Shown: positions 40,480-49,947 of the stretch, one piece after another
Layout of the letters: every line of letters begins with the position of its first letter
How positions within the stretch are numbered: the stretch's first letter is position 1
Origin: an uncultured Spirochaetota bacterium
Lineage (GTDB): Bacteria; Spirochaetota; Brevinematia; Brevinematales; JAOACQ01
Length of the DNA: 64,000 nucleotides
Direction: 5' to 3'
Assembly: GCA_963783575.1 (NCBI GenBank)
Contig: CAWAOD010000010.1
Span: 64,001-128,000 of the forward strand
Made by a program: the position numbers and the translations under genes
Notes under the pieces: generated by a model
Database searches by the model: none
Seen by the model: the letters and a program-made list of their open reading frames with translations, nothing else
What the model was told of the DNA's origin: nothing

Positions 40480-43400
40480 ATGAATATAGCAGGATTAGCG
40501 ATAAAAAGACCGGTATTTGTAGTAATGATTGTATTATCAATCCTTACGCTCGGGCTTGTCGGCTACAGCCGTCTTCCGGTGGACCTGCTCCCGAATGTTG
40601 ATTTCCCAAACCTGTTTGTGATTACTCAATATCCCGGAGCGTCCTCGGATGAAATTGAACAGCTAATAACAAAGCCGATGGAAAACGCACTTGCGGGCGT
40701 GGAGGACCTGGATACCCTCGCATCGATATCCAGGGAAGGCTCTTCCCTGGTAATCATTACCTTTACTTCATCGGCAGATATTAAATACGCAGAATTGACT
40801 GTGAGGGAAAAAGTCGGGCAGGCCATGAGCACATTACCGCCGGAGGTTCTCGCGTCAATATCCCAACCCGTAATCAACCGTGCTTCAACGGAAGACACGC
40901 CTATAATCTATATGGCAATAAAGGGCAACCGCGATCTTGCGAACTTGCGGGAGATATTCGAGGATATTGCCCAGCCGCGGCTGCAGGCTGTTGATGGGGT
41001 CGGAGAAGTTGATGTTGTTGGCGCACGCAATAAGGTTATAAACCTTACGGTGGACAAAACTCTTCTGGCGGCAAACGGACTCACATACAATGAGCTTGTT
41101 AACGCACTTTCCCAGAGAAACATCAGTTTCCCGGCCGGCCAGATTTACGAGACACAAAAATGGATAAATGTCAGGGTACTGGGCCTGGCGGAAGATGTCG
41201 ACCAGTTCGGCAATATCTCCCTGACCACATCCACAGGAAGAATCCTGCGAATTAAAGATATTGCAAAAGTCGACGTAAAACTTGACGATGAAGTGACCCG
41301 GGCAAAGGTGAACAGCGAGAATGCTTGTATGATTGTTATTTATAAAGAAAGCGGCGGAAATACGGTCGGAGTGTCCGACAATCTGAGAAAAGCCCTGCCG
41401 GGCATCCAGAAAGTCCTCCCCAAGGGAATTTCACTCCAGATGGTAAGCGACTCATCTAAATTTATAACCAGAAGCGTTAATGGAGTGGAAGAAGATATAG
41501 TTTTGGGAGCTATTCTCGCGATAGTAATTGTCTGGCTTTTCCTGGGAAATTTCCGTTCGACCATCATAACGGCAATTGCCCTCCCCAACTCGCTTCTCGG
41601 GGCATTTTTCCTGGTTTACATTGCGGGTTTTACAATCAACACAATGACACTTCTGTCATTATCGCTGGCAGTCGGGCTGTTAATAGACGATTCGATTGTA
41701 GTACGTGAAAATATTTTCAGGCATATTGAGGAGGGCGAAGAACCGAAAGTAGCGGCTCAAAAAGGAACGAATGAAGTTGCCCTGGCAGTTTTATCAACCA
41801 CTCTTTCCATTCTGGCGGTATTCATCCCGATCTCATTCCTTTCGGGAGTGGTAGGGCAATTCTTCCGTGAATTCGGTTTGACGGTTGCATTTGCCCTGAT
41901 GGTTTCACTGGTAGACGCTTTTACATCCGCCCCGATGCTTTCGGCTTACTGGTATAAGAAATCCGACCCTGAGCATGCGATAGGCTTGAGCAGATTATTA
42001 AACAATATGAGCATCGGGTGGAATAAATTCTATAACTGGCTTAACAGCCTTTACCAGGATGTTCTCGGCTGGAGCCTGAACCATAAAGCCCCGGTGCTAA
42101 GTGCGGTACTTGTATTATTCATTATGAGTATTTTTGTTTCAAGGTATATAGGCCAGAACTTTATGTCTGCGACTGACACCGGATCTTTTAATGTGAACCT
42201 GGAAACATACCCGGGTGCCCCACTCGATAAAATTGACTTTTATATAACCGATGTGGAGAAATTCCTATCCGGGCAGAAAGATGTTGAAACTTTTTACAGC
42301 CAGATCGGAGCACAGGGACAAAGCCAGGTCGCACAGATCTATGTAGATATGAAGGATTTAAAGCTGAGAAAAATATCAACAGAAGGCCTGATGTCGGTTT
42401 TGAGGAAATATATAAGGGCTAAATATGACAGGGATATCAGGTACAGATTGACCCAGACTTCATTTTACGGCGGAACCGGCGGCGGTATCGGCGGAGGAGG
42501 CGCTTATAATTCGCCTATTTATTTAAACATCGCGGGTCCTGATCTTACTGTCCTTGCGGGATTATCTCAAACAATCTTCAGGATTGCCCAGCAGACGCCG
42601 GGAGCTGTGGACCTGGCGTCCACATATAAACCCGGCGCCCCGGAATTTGTTGTTACGGCAGACAATATAAAGGCCGAACAAATGGGAATATCAGCCCAGA
42701 CATTAGGGCTTACTCTAAGGGACCTGATAGCTGGCAACATCATTTCGGAATTTACACTTGGCGACAGAAATTATGATGTTGTTATCCGGATGGACGAAAA
42801 TGACAGAAAAACCATCGATGATATACGAAGTATCGAGCTTACAACAAGAACCGGCCAGAAAGTCCCTCTATCGGCGATCGCAAATTTTACCTACTCATCG
42901 GCTCCTTTAGCAATTGTAAGGGAAAACAAGCAGCGCGTAGTAAGAATATTCGGTAATATAGAAGCCGGTCATTCGCTTTCGGAAGTGATCGCCAATATGA
43001 CAAAGGCCATAGACAGAAATATCGCTTTTCCTCCGGGATACAGTTATTATTTCGCAGGCCAGCAGAAGCAGTTTAAGGACCTGGCAACCCAGATGGTTTT
43101 GGCATTGATCCTGGCTTTGCTTTTTATGTATATGATCCTGGCTTCGCTATATAATAATTTCTTACAACCGCTGATATTGATGCTGTCCATACCGCTTGCA
43201 ATAATCGGCGCATTCCTGGCGCTTTTAATCACTGGGACTGACCTTGACATATACGGGTATATCGGCTTGCTGATGGTATTCGGCCTTGTTGCCAAGAATG
43301 CAATCCTTCTTATAGATTTTACTAACAAAAAACGCGAGGAAGGAATGTCTATCCGGGAGGCTTTACTGCATTCCGGCCCTTTAAGGCTCAGGCCGATACT

Positions 43401-43626
43401 GATGACCAGCTTCGCCATTATATTCGGGATGCTTCCGATGGCGCTGGGTTTAAACGAAGGGTCGAGGGGCAGGCAGGCGCTTCCGATTTCCGTTATCGGC
43501 GGAATTTTAACATCAACAGTTCTGACGCTTGTAGTTGTGCCGGTTGTATATGAGTGGGTGGAAAAGGCTCTTGAAAAGAGAAAGCTTATAAAATTACAAA
43601 ATAAAGTGCAGGTTCCAAATGCATAA
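40480..43626 (+). CDS. RND efflux permease, copy 2
   Basis: Same motifs and length (1048 aa) as copy 1. Confidence 0.95.
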   Translation: MNIAGLAIKRPVFVVMIVLSILTLGLVGYSRLPVDLLPNVDFPNLFVITQYPGASSDEIEQLITKPMENALAGVEDLDTLASISREGSSLVIITFTSSADIKYAELTVREKVGQAMSTLPPEVLASISQPVINRASTEDTPIIYMAIKGNRDLANLREIFEDIAQPRLQAVDGVGEVDVVGARNKVINLTVDKTLLAANGLTYNELVNALSQRNISFPAGQIYETQKWINVRVLGLAEDVDQFGNISLTTSTGRILRIKDIAKVDVKLDDEVTRAKVNSENACMIVIYKESGGNTVGVSDNLRKALPGIQKVLPKGISLQMVSDSSKFITRSVNGVEEDIVLGAILAIVIVWLFLGNFRSTIITAIALPNSLLGAFFLVYIAGFTINTMTLLSLSLAVGLLIDDSIVVRENIFRHIEEGEEPKVAAQKGTNEVALAVLSTTLSILAVFIPISFLSGVVGQFFREFGLTVAFALMVSLVDAFTSAPMLSAYWYKKSDPEHAIGLSRLLNNMSIGWNKFYNWLNSLYQDVLGWSLNHKAPVLSAVLVLFIMSIFVSRYIGQNFMSATDTGSFNVNLETYPGAPLDKIDFYITDVEKFLSGQKDVETFYSQIGAQGQSQVAQIYVDMKDLKLRKISTEGLMSVLRKYIRAKYDRDIRYRLTQTSFYGGTGGGIGGGGAYNSPIYLNIAGPDLTVLAGLSQTIFRIAQQTPGAVDLASTYKPGAPEFVVTADNIKAEQMGISAQTLGLTLRDLIAGNIISEFTLGDRNYDVVIRMDENDRKTIDDIRSIELTTRTGQKVPLSAIANFTYSSAPLAIVRENKQRVVRIFGNIEAGHSLSEVIANMTKAIDRNIAFPPGYSYYFAGQQKQFKDLATQMVLALILALLFMYMILASLYNNFLQPLILMLSIPLAIIGAFLALLITGTDLDIYGYIGLLMVFGLVAKNAILLIDFTNKKREEGMSIREALLHSGPLRLRPILMTSFAIIFGMLPMALGLNEGSRGRQALPISVIGGILTSTVLTLVVVPVVYEWVEKALEKRKLIKLQNKVQVPNA

Positions 43627-43643
43627 ACCAGAAAGCATAATTC

Positions 43644-43670
43644 AGGGCGGGTTAAACCCGCCCTTTTTTT
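43644..43670 (+). terminator. Intrinsic terminator
   Basis: AGGGCGGG-TTAAA-CCCGCCCT plus T-tract. Confidence 0.85.
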
Positions 43671-43684
43671 ATTCCTGCTTAAAA

Positions 43685-44305
43685 TCACTTTTCATCGAGA
43701 TTCCTCGAGAGTGCCGGGAGATTATATAAAAAAACGGTAAGAATGACTATAAAAGTAATCGATATTATACCGTAAGGAATCAATCCGTTTATGAACCGGG
43801 CCATTCCATTTATTTTGTAATGAATTGCATAGCAGACCAATCCAATAAATACGCAGATACTGATTAGAGACACAATCATCCGGGTCTGAAATCTGCTGAA
43901 CCACATAAAATTAAAGCAGACAAATACCGCGCTGTATTCAAGGACACCCCAGAATATTACCAGAAACAATTCAGAGGTAAAAACCCTGTGAAGCCCCCAA
44001 TAAGTACCCGCCCAAACCATTGCAAAAACAGCGCTCCCAATTAAAATTATATGATATATTTTTAATCCGGTATTTTGTACAAATCTTGCCAGGCTCCTCG
44101 TCGAAAAAAAGAGCCATATCGCGCCGATTAAACCAGCGGCCGCGGATATGCTGAAGAAAGTCCTGGAAATATCCGAATTCATATAGAGCTGCTCGCCGTA
44201 ATTCAATATCCAGGCTGTGATATAAGCGGCCCCTGAAATCAGCATAAAAGCATGCCCGGCAATAAACCCGAGATAAACCGAAGGTTCGAAAACAACTTTC
44301 TTCAT
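43685..44305 (-). CDS. Hypothetical multi-pass membrane protein
   Basis: About 6 TM helices; AAGGA RBS. Confidence 0.65.
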   Translation of the reverse strand: MKKVVFEPSVYLGFIAGHAFMLISGAAYITAWILNYGEQLYMNSDISRTFFSISAAAGLIGAIWLFFSTRSLARFVQNTGLKIYHIILIGSAVFAMVWAGTYWGLHRVFTSELFLVIFWGVLEYSAVFVCFNFMWFSRFQTRMIVSLISICVFIGLVCYAIHYKINGMARFINGLIPYGIISITFIVILTVFLYNLPALSRNLDEK

Positions 44306-44494
44306 AAAATTTTTCCTTAAATATTAATCAAAAATTCTATATCCCATGCCGGAAAATTGCAATTATTCCAGGTCTTATTTGTTTTTTCAATTTGATTATT
44401 GAATTTTTACCCGGCATTAATTATAATCTTGCGTAAATTGCAAATATTTTGAGTTAGACGTCATTTACCATGCCTATGTTAAAAGGAGAAAGAT

Positions 44495-44962
44495 ATGCCA
44501 CAGATGAATAAAGGCGGAAAATTTGTATTTGGATGGTCCTTAATAAATGAAGATTATACTATTCAATTACCAAAAATGGCTGTTGAAGAATATAAAATAT
44601 CATCTGAAGAAAAAGTCATTCTAATATCTGGTAGTAAGAAAACAGGAGGCTTCTGTGTTTCTCGTAAAGAATTTATCGAAAACTCAAATATTAACGGACT
44701 TTTTACTGCAAATCCTTCATTGAGGGATTATAAAACAAATGAAGGCGAATTTATAAAATACAAAGGCAGGCTTTATTGTTGGTTGACTATAACAAATGAA
44801 GGTCTATTAAAATTAACTGACAAAATATTAAATGATCTTTCATTAAAAAAAGGCGACAAGCTTCTTTCAATACGTGGAAGTGATATTGCATTTGTTATGG
44901 GAGTAAAAGGCCCCTTAATTGAAAAAGGAAATAATTTTGAAGGTGAAATAAAGTTGTATTGA
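44495..44962 (+). CDS. Hypothetical protein (possibly tandem AbrB-like folds)
   Basis: AAGGAG RBS; internal half-repeat pattern. Confidence 0.6.
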   Translation: MPQMNKGGKFVFGWSLINEDYTIQLPKMAVEEYKISSEEKVILISGSKKTGGFCVSRKEFIENSNINGLFTANPSLRDYKTNEGEFIKYKGRLYCWLTITNEGLLKLTDKILNDLSLKKGDKLLSIRGSDIAFVMGVKGPLIEKGNNFEGEIKLY

Positions 44963-45061
44963 AACGGACATCACGCTTATTGGAATTATATAATGGGATA
45001 TTATACAAAAAAATAAATATAAAATTCCTTAGCCCAGGCAAGAAGAATAATGAGGATCAAA

Positions 45062-45662
45062 ATGGATTATTTTATTCGAGAAATTACTATGAAAGATTAT
45101 GTAGAAGTATTATCATTCTGGAAAAAATTTGAAGGATTAAATGTTGATGAATCGGATTCCTATGATAACTTTGAAATATATTTAAAAAGAAATCCGGAAC
45201 TATGTTATATCGCAATAATCGGAAATAAAATTGTTGGCGCCGTAAAATGCGGGCAGGACGGGGTTTACTGAAAAATGAGTTAAAATTTGAAAACTATAAC
45301 CAACCGTTTCTAATGCATTTATAACTCATTGTTATAAAATAGGATAGGACGCTAATAAAATACTGTTTATTAAACATTTTAAGATTTATGCTGATTTTCA
45401 GTGAACCCAGGACGGCAGGAGAGGGTATTTACATCATCTTGCGGTGGAAAAGGAGTACAGGCAAAATGGCATAGGGAAATCATTATACGGTAAATGCCTG
45501 GAATCTCTTGAAAGACAAGGGATTAAAAAATGCAATTTATTCGTTTATGATGCAAATAAAAGCGCAATGGAGTTCTGGCAGGCAAATGGATGGAAAATAT
45601 TGCATTATGATTATAGGACACTTCAAAAAGATATTGGAAAAGTCAGTTCCGAATTAAAATGA
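45062..45662 (+). pseudogene. GNAT acetyltransferase interrupted by a MITE
   Basis: Removing the MITE and one TSD restores CGQDGRRGYLHHLAVEKEYRQNGIG. Confidence 0.88.
45261..45408. mobile_element. 148-bp MITE
   Basis: TIRs GGGTTTACTGAAAA / TTTTCAGTGAACCC; TSD AGGACG (or 8-bp CAGGACGG). Confidence 0.9.
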
Positions 45663-45689
45663 TAGAGAACAATTAACCTGGAGGATCAT

Positions 45690-46076
45690 ATGAATTCAAA
45701 CGATTATCATGGAATAATCATCAATCAGAGTCAAAAAAATAAATCGATTTTCAAAAAACTGAAAATCATAGGCAGGAAAAAAGTCTTATTCGGCCTGGTA
45801 ATCTTATACAAAATAAGCGTGGAAAGTGATAGTTTAAATGAGTTAATTAAAAGCGTCCGGGAAAATATGGCATCAAGATTATTTATCTTGAAACAGGAAT
45901 ATTATGCCCATTTTTATAGAAACAATGAATTGATCATTGTCTTTAAAGACAAAGTTTTCAATGTCACAACCGATAAGAATGCCTGGAGAGAAGCCATAGA
46001 ATTCGGCAAGTCATTAAATATCATTGAAAAACAACTTGATTTTACACCTAATAAAGTCGAAGATGAAACCTACTAG
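45690..46076 (+). CDS. Hypothetical protein
   Basis: GGAGG RBS; YYAHFY...AIEFGKSLNI...QLDF. Confidence 0.65.
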   Translation: MNSNDYHGIIINQSQKNKSIFKKLKIIGRKKVLFGLVILYKISVESDSLNELIKSVRENMASRLFILKQEYYAHFYRNNELIIVFKDKVFNVTTDKNAWREAIEFGKSLNIIEKQLDFTPNKVEDETY

Positions 46077-46089
46077 TTCAGGCGGCATT

Positions 46090-47520
46090 ATGAAAGTAAG
46101 TTTGTTCCTTATTCTATCTTTGTGCTTTCTTATGTTTTTCACCGAAAATGCTGATGCACAACCCGCAACTGAAGATATCGGAATAAGAATCAGGTTCGAT
46201 GAGCAGAAATTGTCTGATTCCAAAGATAAATATCAATTACAGGATGAGATTGAAAGGCTTCATCGCATTTTACTTGATTATAAATTAACCGGTCAAATGC
46301 TTTATAAAAGATTAACAGATTCAATGTGGCCAATATCAATTGAACAATATGATAGCTGGAAAAAATCAGGTTATTTTGATTATGTGATAAAAAATGGAAC
46401 AAACTATTATTTTAACGGAAGCGTTGCAAATCTTTTTTTTGCTCATCCGGAATTCCGGGAATTAAGGATTGATAAGAATTTTAAAGCCAGCAATACTGTT
46501 TATGCGGAATCATTATTGAAAAACCTGAGGACCATAAAAGCAGAATCGCTAAAACATAAAACTAATATCGTATTACCGGTCACAATTATGGGACAGATGA
46601 ATTTAACAATAATAGCAAAACCTGATAAACCTAATTCTCAGCTCAAAGTATGGCTTCCCTATCCGCCTGTATTTTACCGTCAGCCGGAAGTTCAAACTCT
46701 ATCTTCCATTCCTGAAATAAAACTTCTCAGCCAGCCGGACAGCCTCATCCGGTCAGCCTATTTCGAAAATTTCCCTGCGGCGGACGGCTCAAATTCGATT
46801 ATTTTATCCTACCGGTATATTTCTTATGCCTATTACCAGGAAATTGATCCCGATAAAGTTTATTCTCAATTTTCTCAAACGCCCGAGATTCAAAGGTTTT
46901 TAAAACAACAGCCCCCTCATATTTTATTTACATCAAAGATAAATGCAGTATCAAAAATAATAGTCGGCAATGAAAATAATCCTTACCTGGCAGCAAGAAA
47001 AATTTATTATTGGATCTCTGAAAACACGTATTACAGCCTGGCCAGGGAATATTCCACAATTCAAAATATTCCGGAACTGCTACTCGAAAAAAAAGCCGGC
47101 GATTGCGGAATGGAGGCCTTATTGTTCATAACCCTGTGCCGTCTGAACGGAATACCAGCCCGCTGGGAATCCGGCTGGCGCATTAAAAATGGAGGCGCGA
47201 CCGGGATGCATGACTGGGCTGAGATTTATCTGGAGCCTTACGGCTGGGTTCCTGTCGATCCATACATGGCCGTCTTTGCAATGTCGGGAGAGCATGATCT
47301 TTCAATTGAAAAAAGGAAAGAATTGAGGGATTTTTATTTCGGCGGGATCGATAACCTCCGGCTGGTTATAAACCGGGATAATAACCGGGAATTTGATCCT
47401 CCGAAGATATCACCGCGTTCGGACCCGGTGGATTTCCAGCGCCCGGAGCTGGAAATCGGCGGAATAAATCAGTATTATGACCGTTTCAGTTATAAAATGA
47501 CGCTGAAAGTAATCCAATAA
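46090..47520 (+). CDS. Secreted transglutaminase-like (Cys protease fold) protein
   Basis: GDCGMEALLFITLCRLNGIPARW, HDWAEIY, GWVPVDP. Confidence 0.88.
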   Translation: MKVSLFLILSLCFLMFFTENADAQPATEDIGIRIRFDEQKLSDSKDKYQLQDEIERLHRILLDYKLTGQMLYKRLTDSMWPISIEQYDSWKKSGYFDYVIKNGTNYYFNGSVANLFFAHPEFRELRIDKNFKASNTVYAESLLKNLRTIKAESLKHKTNIVLPVTIMGQMNLTIIAKPDKPNSQLKVWLPYPPVFYRQPEVQTLSSIPEIKLLSQPDSLIRSAYFENFPAADGSNSIILSYRYISYAYYQEIDPDKVYSQFSQTPEIQRFLKQQPPHILFTSKINAVSKIIVGNENNPYLAARKIYYWISENTYYSLAREYSTIQNIPELLLEKKAGDCGMEALLFITLCRLNGIPARWESGWRIKNGGATGMHDWAEIYLEPYGWVPVDPYMAVFAMSGEHDLSIEKRKELRDFYFGGIDNLRLVINRDNNREFDPPKISPRSDPVDFQRPELEIGGINQYYDRFSYKMTLKVIQ

Positions 47521-47537
47521 CAAGCGCGGCAGGTTTG

Positions 47538-48536
47538 TCAATTAAACTTTCCATTCCAGAGACTTGAATTTGTGTATGTTAATAATCCGTTCGTTTCAAT
47601 TATATATAAAACCGGCAGTTTCATTTTTTCGGCTAACTCCAGCCCTTTATCCGGCCCAATAGTAAAAAACATACTGGATAATCCGTCGGAAGCCTCACGG
47701 GATTCTGATATAACACTCGCGCTAACCACTCCGTTCCGGACCGGATAGCCGGAAAACGGATTCATAATGTGAAAATAACGTATTCCGTTAGTAATAAAAT
47801 ACTGTTCATAATCTCCTGATGTCGCCACGGATTTTCCAGATTCAAGAACAATTGTCCCGAAAAGATCTCCGGATTTTCTGGGATGCCTTATTCCGATCAG
47901 CCAGTCAGAACCGTCGGGTTTCCTGCCGAATACCTTTAAATTGCCTCCGGCATCTGCAAAACCAGCTTTTATTCCTGAATCCTGAAGATACTTAACAACC
48001 TGATTTACGGTATACCCTTTGACGATCCCGCCAAGATCGATTTTCACATCATCGGACAAAGTTACCCTGCTTCCTTTAATTTTGATATTCCGGTAACCGA
48101 CATGTTTCAGTATTTCATTAATCTCTGACGCGGCTGGAATATGGCCGTTATCATCATAAAATCCCCATACTTTCATCAACGGATAAACTGTAACATCAAA
48201 ACGGCCGCCTGATATGGCGGATAAATCCAGCGCATCTTTTAAAACCGCTATTGAATCCGTATCCCAATCCGCAGAACGGGAAAAATTGAGCTTTGAGACA
48301 ATAGAATCGTTGCTTGTTGTGCTGTATTTTACCTCATAATTTCGTACAATTTTAAAGGCGCCTTCAAAAATTAAATCGGCAGAAGCATCAGATAAATCGG
48401 TGTAAATTACAATCTGAAAGACAGTATGCATCATCAGCTCCGTCTTTTCAATCTTCCGCACCTCTTTTTTCACTGCACATCCGGTAAACATGAATATTAA
48501 AAACAATAAAAATATTGTTAAGATTTTTTTTGACAT
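47538..48536 (-). CDS. apbE: FAD:protein FMN transferase lipoprotein
   Basis: Lipobox FTGC; FDVTV, IDLGGIVKGY, VATSGDYE, HIMNP. Confidence 0.93.
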   Translation of the reverse strand: MSKKILTIFLLFLIFMFTGCAVKKEVRKIEKTELMMHTVFQIVIYTDLSDASADLIFEGAFKIVRNYEVKYSTTSNDSIVSKLNFSRSADWDTDSIAVLKDALDLSAISGGRFDVTVYPLMKVWGFYDDNGHIPAASEINEILKHVGYRNIKIKGSRVTLSDDVKIDLGGIVKGYTVNQVVKYLQDSGIKAGFADAGGNLKVFGRKPDGSDWLIGIRHPRKSGDLFGTIVLESGKSVATSGDYEQYFITNGIRYFHIMNPFSGYPVRNGVVSASVISESREASDGLSSMFFTIGPDKGLELAEKMKLPVLYIIETNGLLTYTNSSLWNGKFN

Positions 48537-49321
48537 TAAACACTCCTTTTGTCTTCCAAAACTTTTGATTTCTCTTTAAACAAAACAAGGTATTCCACAT
48601 TTCCACTTTTTGCCCCGGTAATCGGCGACTCTATTATTCCTATCGAATCAAGTCCTATCGATCCGGCAAATTTTATAACAGACTCGACTGCAATCTTCCT
48701 GAACTCTTCTTTAACCAGTCCTCTTCTTCCTATTTTCGTCCTATCAAGCTCAAACTGCGGCTTAAGTAGTGTAATGATTTCAAAACCTTTTTTCAACACT
48801 TTTATAAGCGGGTCCAGAATTTTTGTCAGAGAAATGAAAGATACATCGACTACTGCAAGTTCGGGCAAAGGATTAAATGTAATTTGATCTATATAACGTG
48901 CGTTAGTATTTTCCATAGTAACCACTCGTGTGTCACTCCTCAACTTCCAATCGAGCTGATTTGTTCCCGCGTCAACAGCATAAACAAGGCGCGCACCCCT
49001 TTCCAGAAGAACCTGTGTAAACCCGCCAGTTGAAGAACCGATATCCGCAGCGATCCTGCCTTTAACATCGATATGAAAAATATCCAGGGCATGGATTAAT
49101 TTTAGCGCCCCACGGCCGACATATGGAGATTTTTCCCTGATTCTTAATGGAGCTGAACTATCAACCATTGTTCCCGGTTTTGTAACCGGATTTTCATTAA
49201 CAAGCACATTACCGGCTATTATTTCTGCCTGAGCCTTCCGGCGTGAATCAACCAGCCCGAGCCTGTAAAGAATGGTATCTAGTCGTTCTTTATTGGACAC
49301 ATTTTTTCTCAATATAATCAA
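48536..49321 (-). CDS. tlyA: TlyA-family rRNA methyltransferase
   Basis: S4 domain ERLD...; DIGSSTGGFT; VDVSFISL; KPQFE. Confidence 0.93.
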   Translation of the reverse strand: MIILRKNVSNKERLDTILYRLGLVDSRRKAQAEIIAGNVLVNENPVTKPGTMVDSSAPLRIREKSPYVGRGALKLIHALDIFHIDVKGRIAADIGSSTGGFTQVLLERGARLVYAVDAGTNQLDWKLRSDTRVVTMENTNARYIDQITFNPLPELAVVDVSFISLTKILDPLIKVLKKGFEIITLLKPQFELDRTKIGRRGLVKEEFRKIAVESVIKFAGSIGLDSIGIIESPITGAKSGNVEYLVLFKEKSKVLEDKRSV

Positions 49322-49332
49322 TTTTTTGAAAA

Positions 49333-49628
49333 CTACTTATAACGTTTTATTATTTCAAAAATAGCATAAAGAAAAGCAAAAACACCTAATATTGAAAGAA
49401 TTGTATTCAGGATAATTCCACTTGGATCAAAAGCGGCTAAATATACAACAAAGGTTGATATTAATAAAAGCCCAATTATTAAATGGAAAAATTTCATTTT
49501 TGTGCAGCCAATATTTTCTTGATTTCTTTTGCAGTTTTCTCAACTGTAATATCAATTATTGAAACAATAAAGAAATAAATGCCTGCAGTTAAACCCAATA
49601 TTCCGCCAATAATATAAAAATATTTCAT
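49333..49628 (-). CDS. Small membrane protein, apparently frameshifted (or two tiny overlapping ORFs)
   Basis: GAGGT RBS, MKYFYIIGGILGL..., then MKFFHLIIGLLL...KRYK* in another frame. Confidence 0.35.
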
Positions 49629-49947
49629 ATATACCTCATTATACTGTTAATAAATTATAAATAAAACAATGAAAAGAGTCAACGGGTGGTATAATTAAAG
49701 GTATAATTAAAGTTTTATCTTTCATTCTTTTCTCTTATAGTCTTTAATTTTTTAAATTTACAAATTCTTATCACTTTGAGCAAACTTGTGAATAATCAAA
49801 ATTTTATTTTTATATGTTTTCCCGGAGAATTATTGCATAGTAAGAACAGGGCTTCAGGAAAATCACGGCAATTTTTTGCTGTTTTTGCTGCCATAAGGTA
49901 CAATATTTCTAAATATAACCTATCACTTTAATAATTGGAGGTATATC

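Noticed and set aside
43047..43688. 213-aa antisense ORF and the many other short shadow ORFs
   Set aside because: They overlap well-supported genes on the opposite strand or in another frame
44453..44459. GTTAGAC (perfect R') before gene 44495, hinting at a solo cassette
   Set aside because: No complementary GTCTAAC or attC after the gene
49858..49880. Possible sigma54 promoter or c-di-GMP riboswitch (AATCACGGCAA, also at ~53116)
   Set aside because: GG-to-GC spacing is 9, not 10, and the second GEMM hairpin is absent
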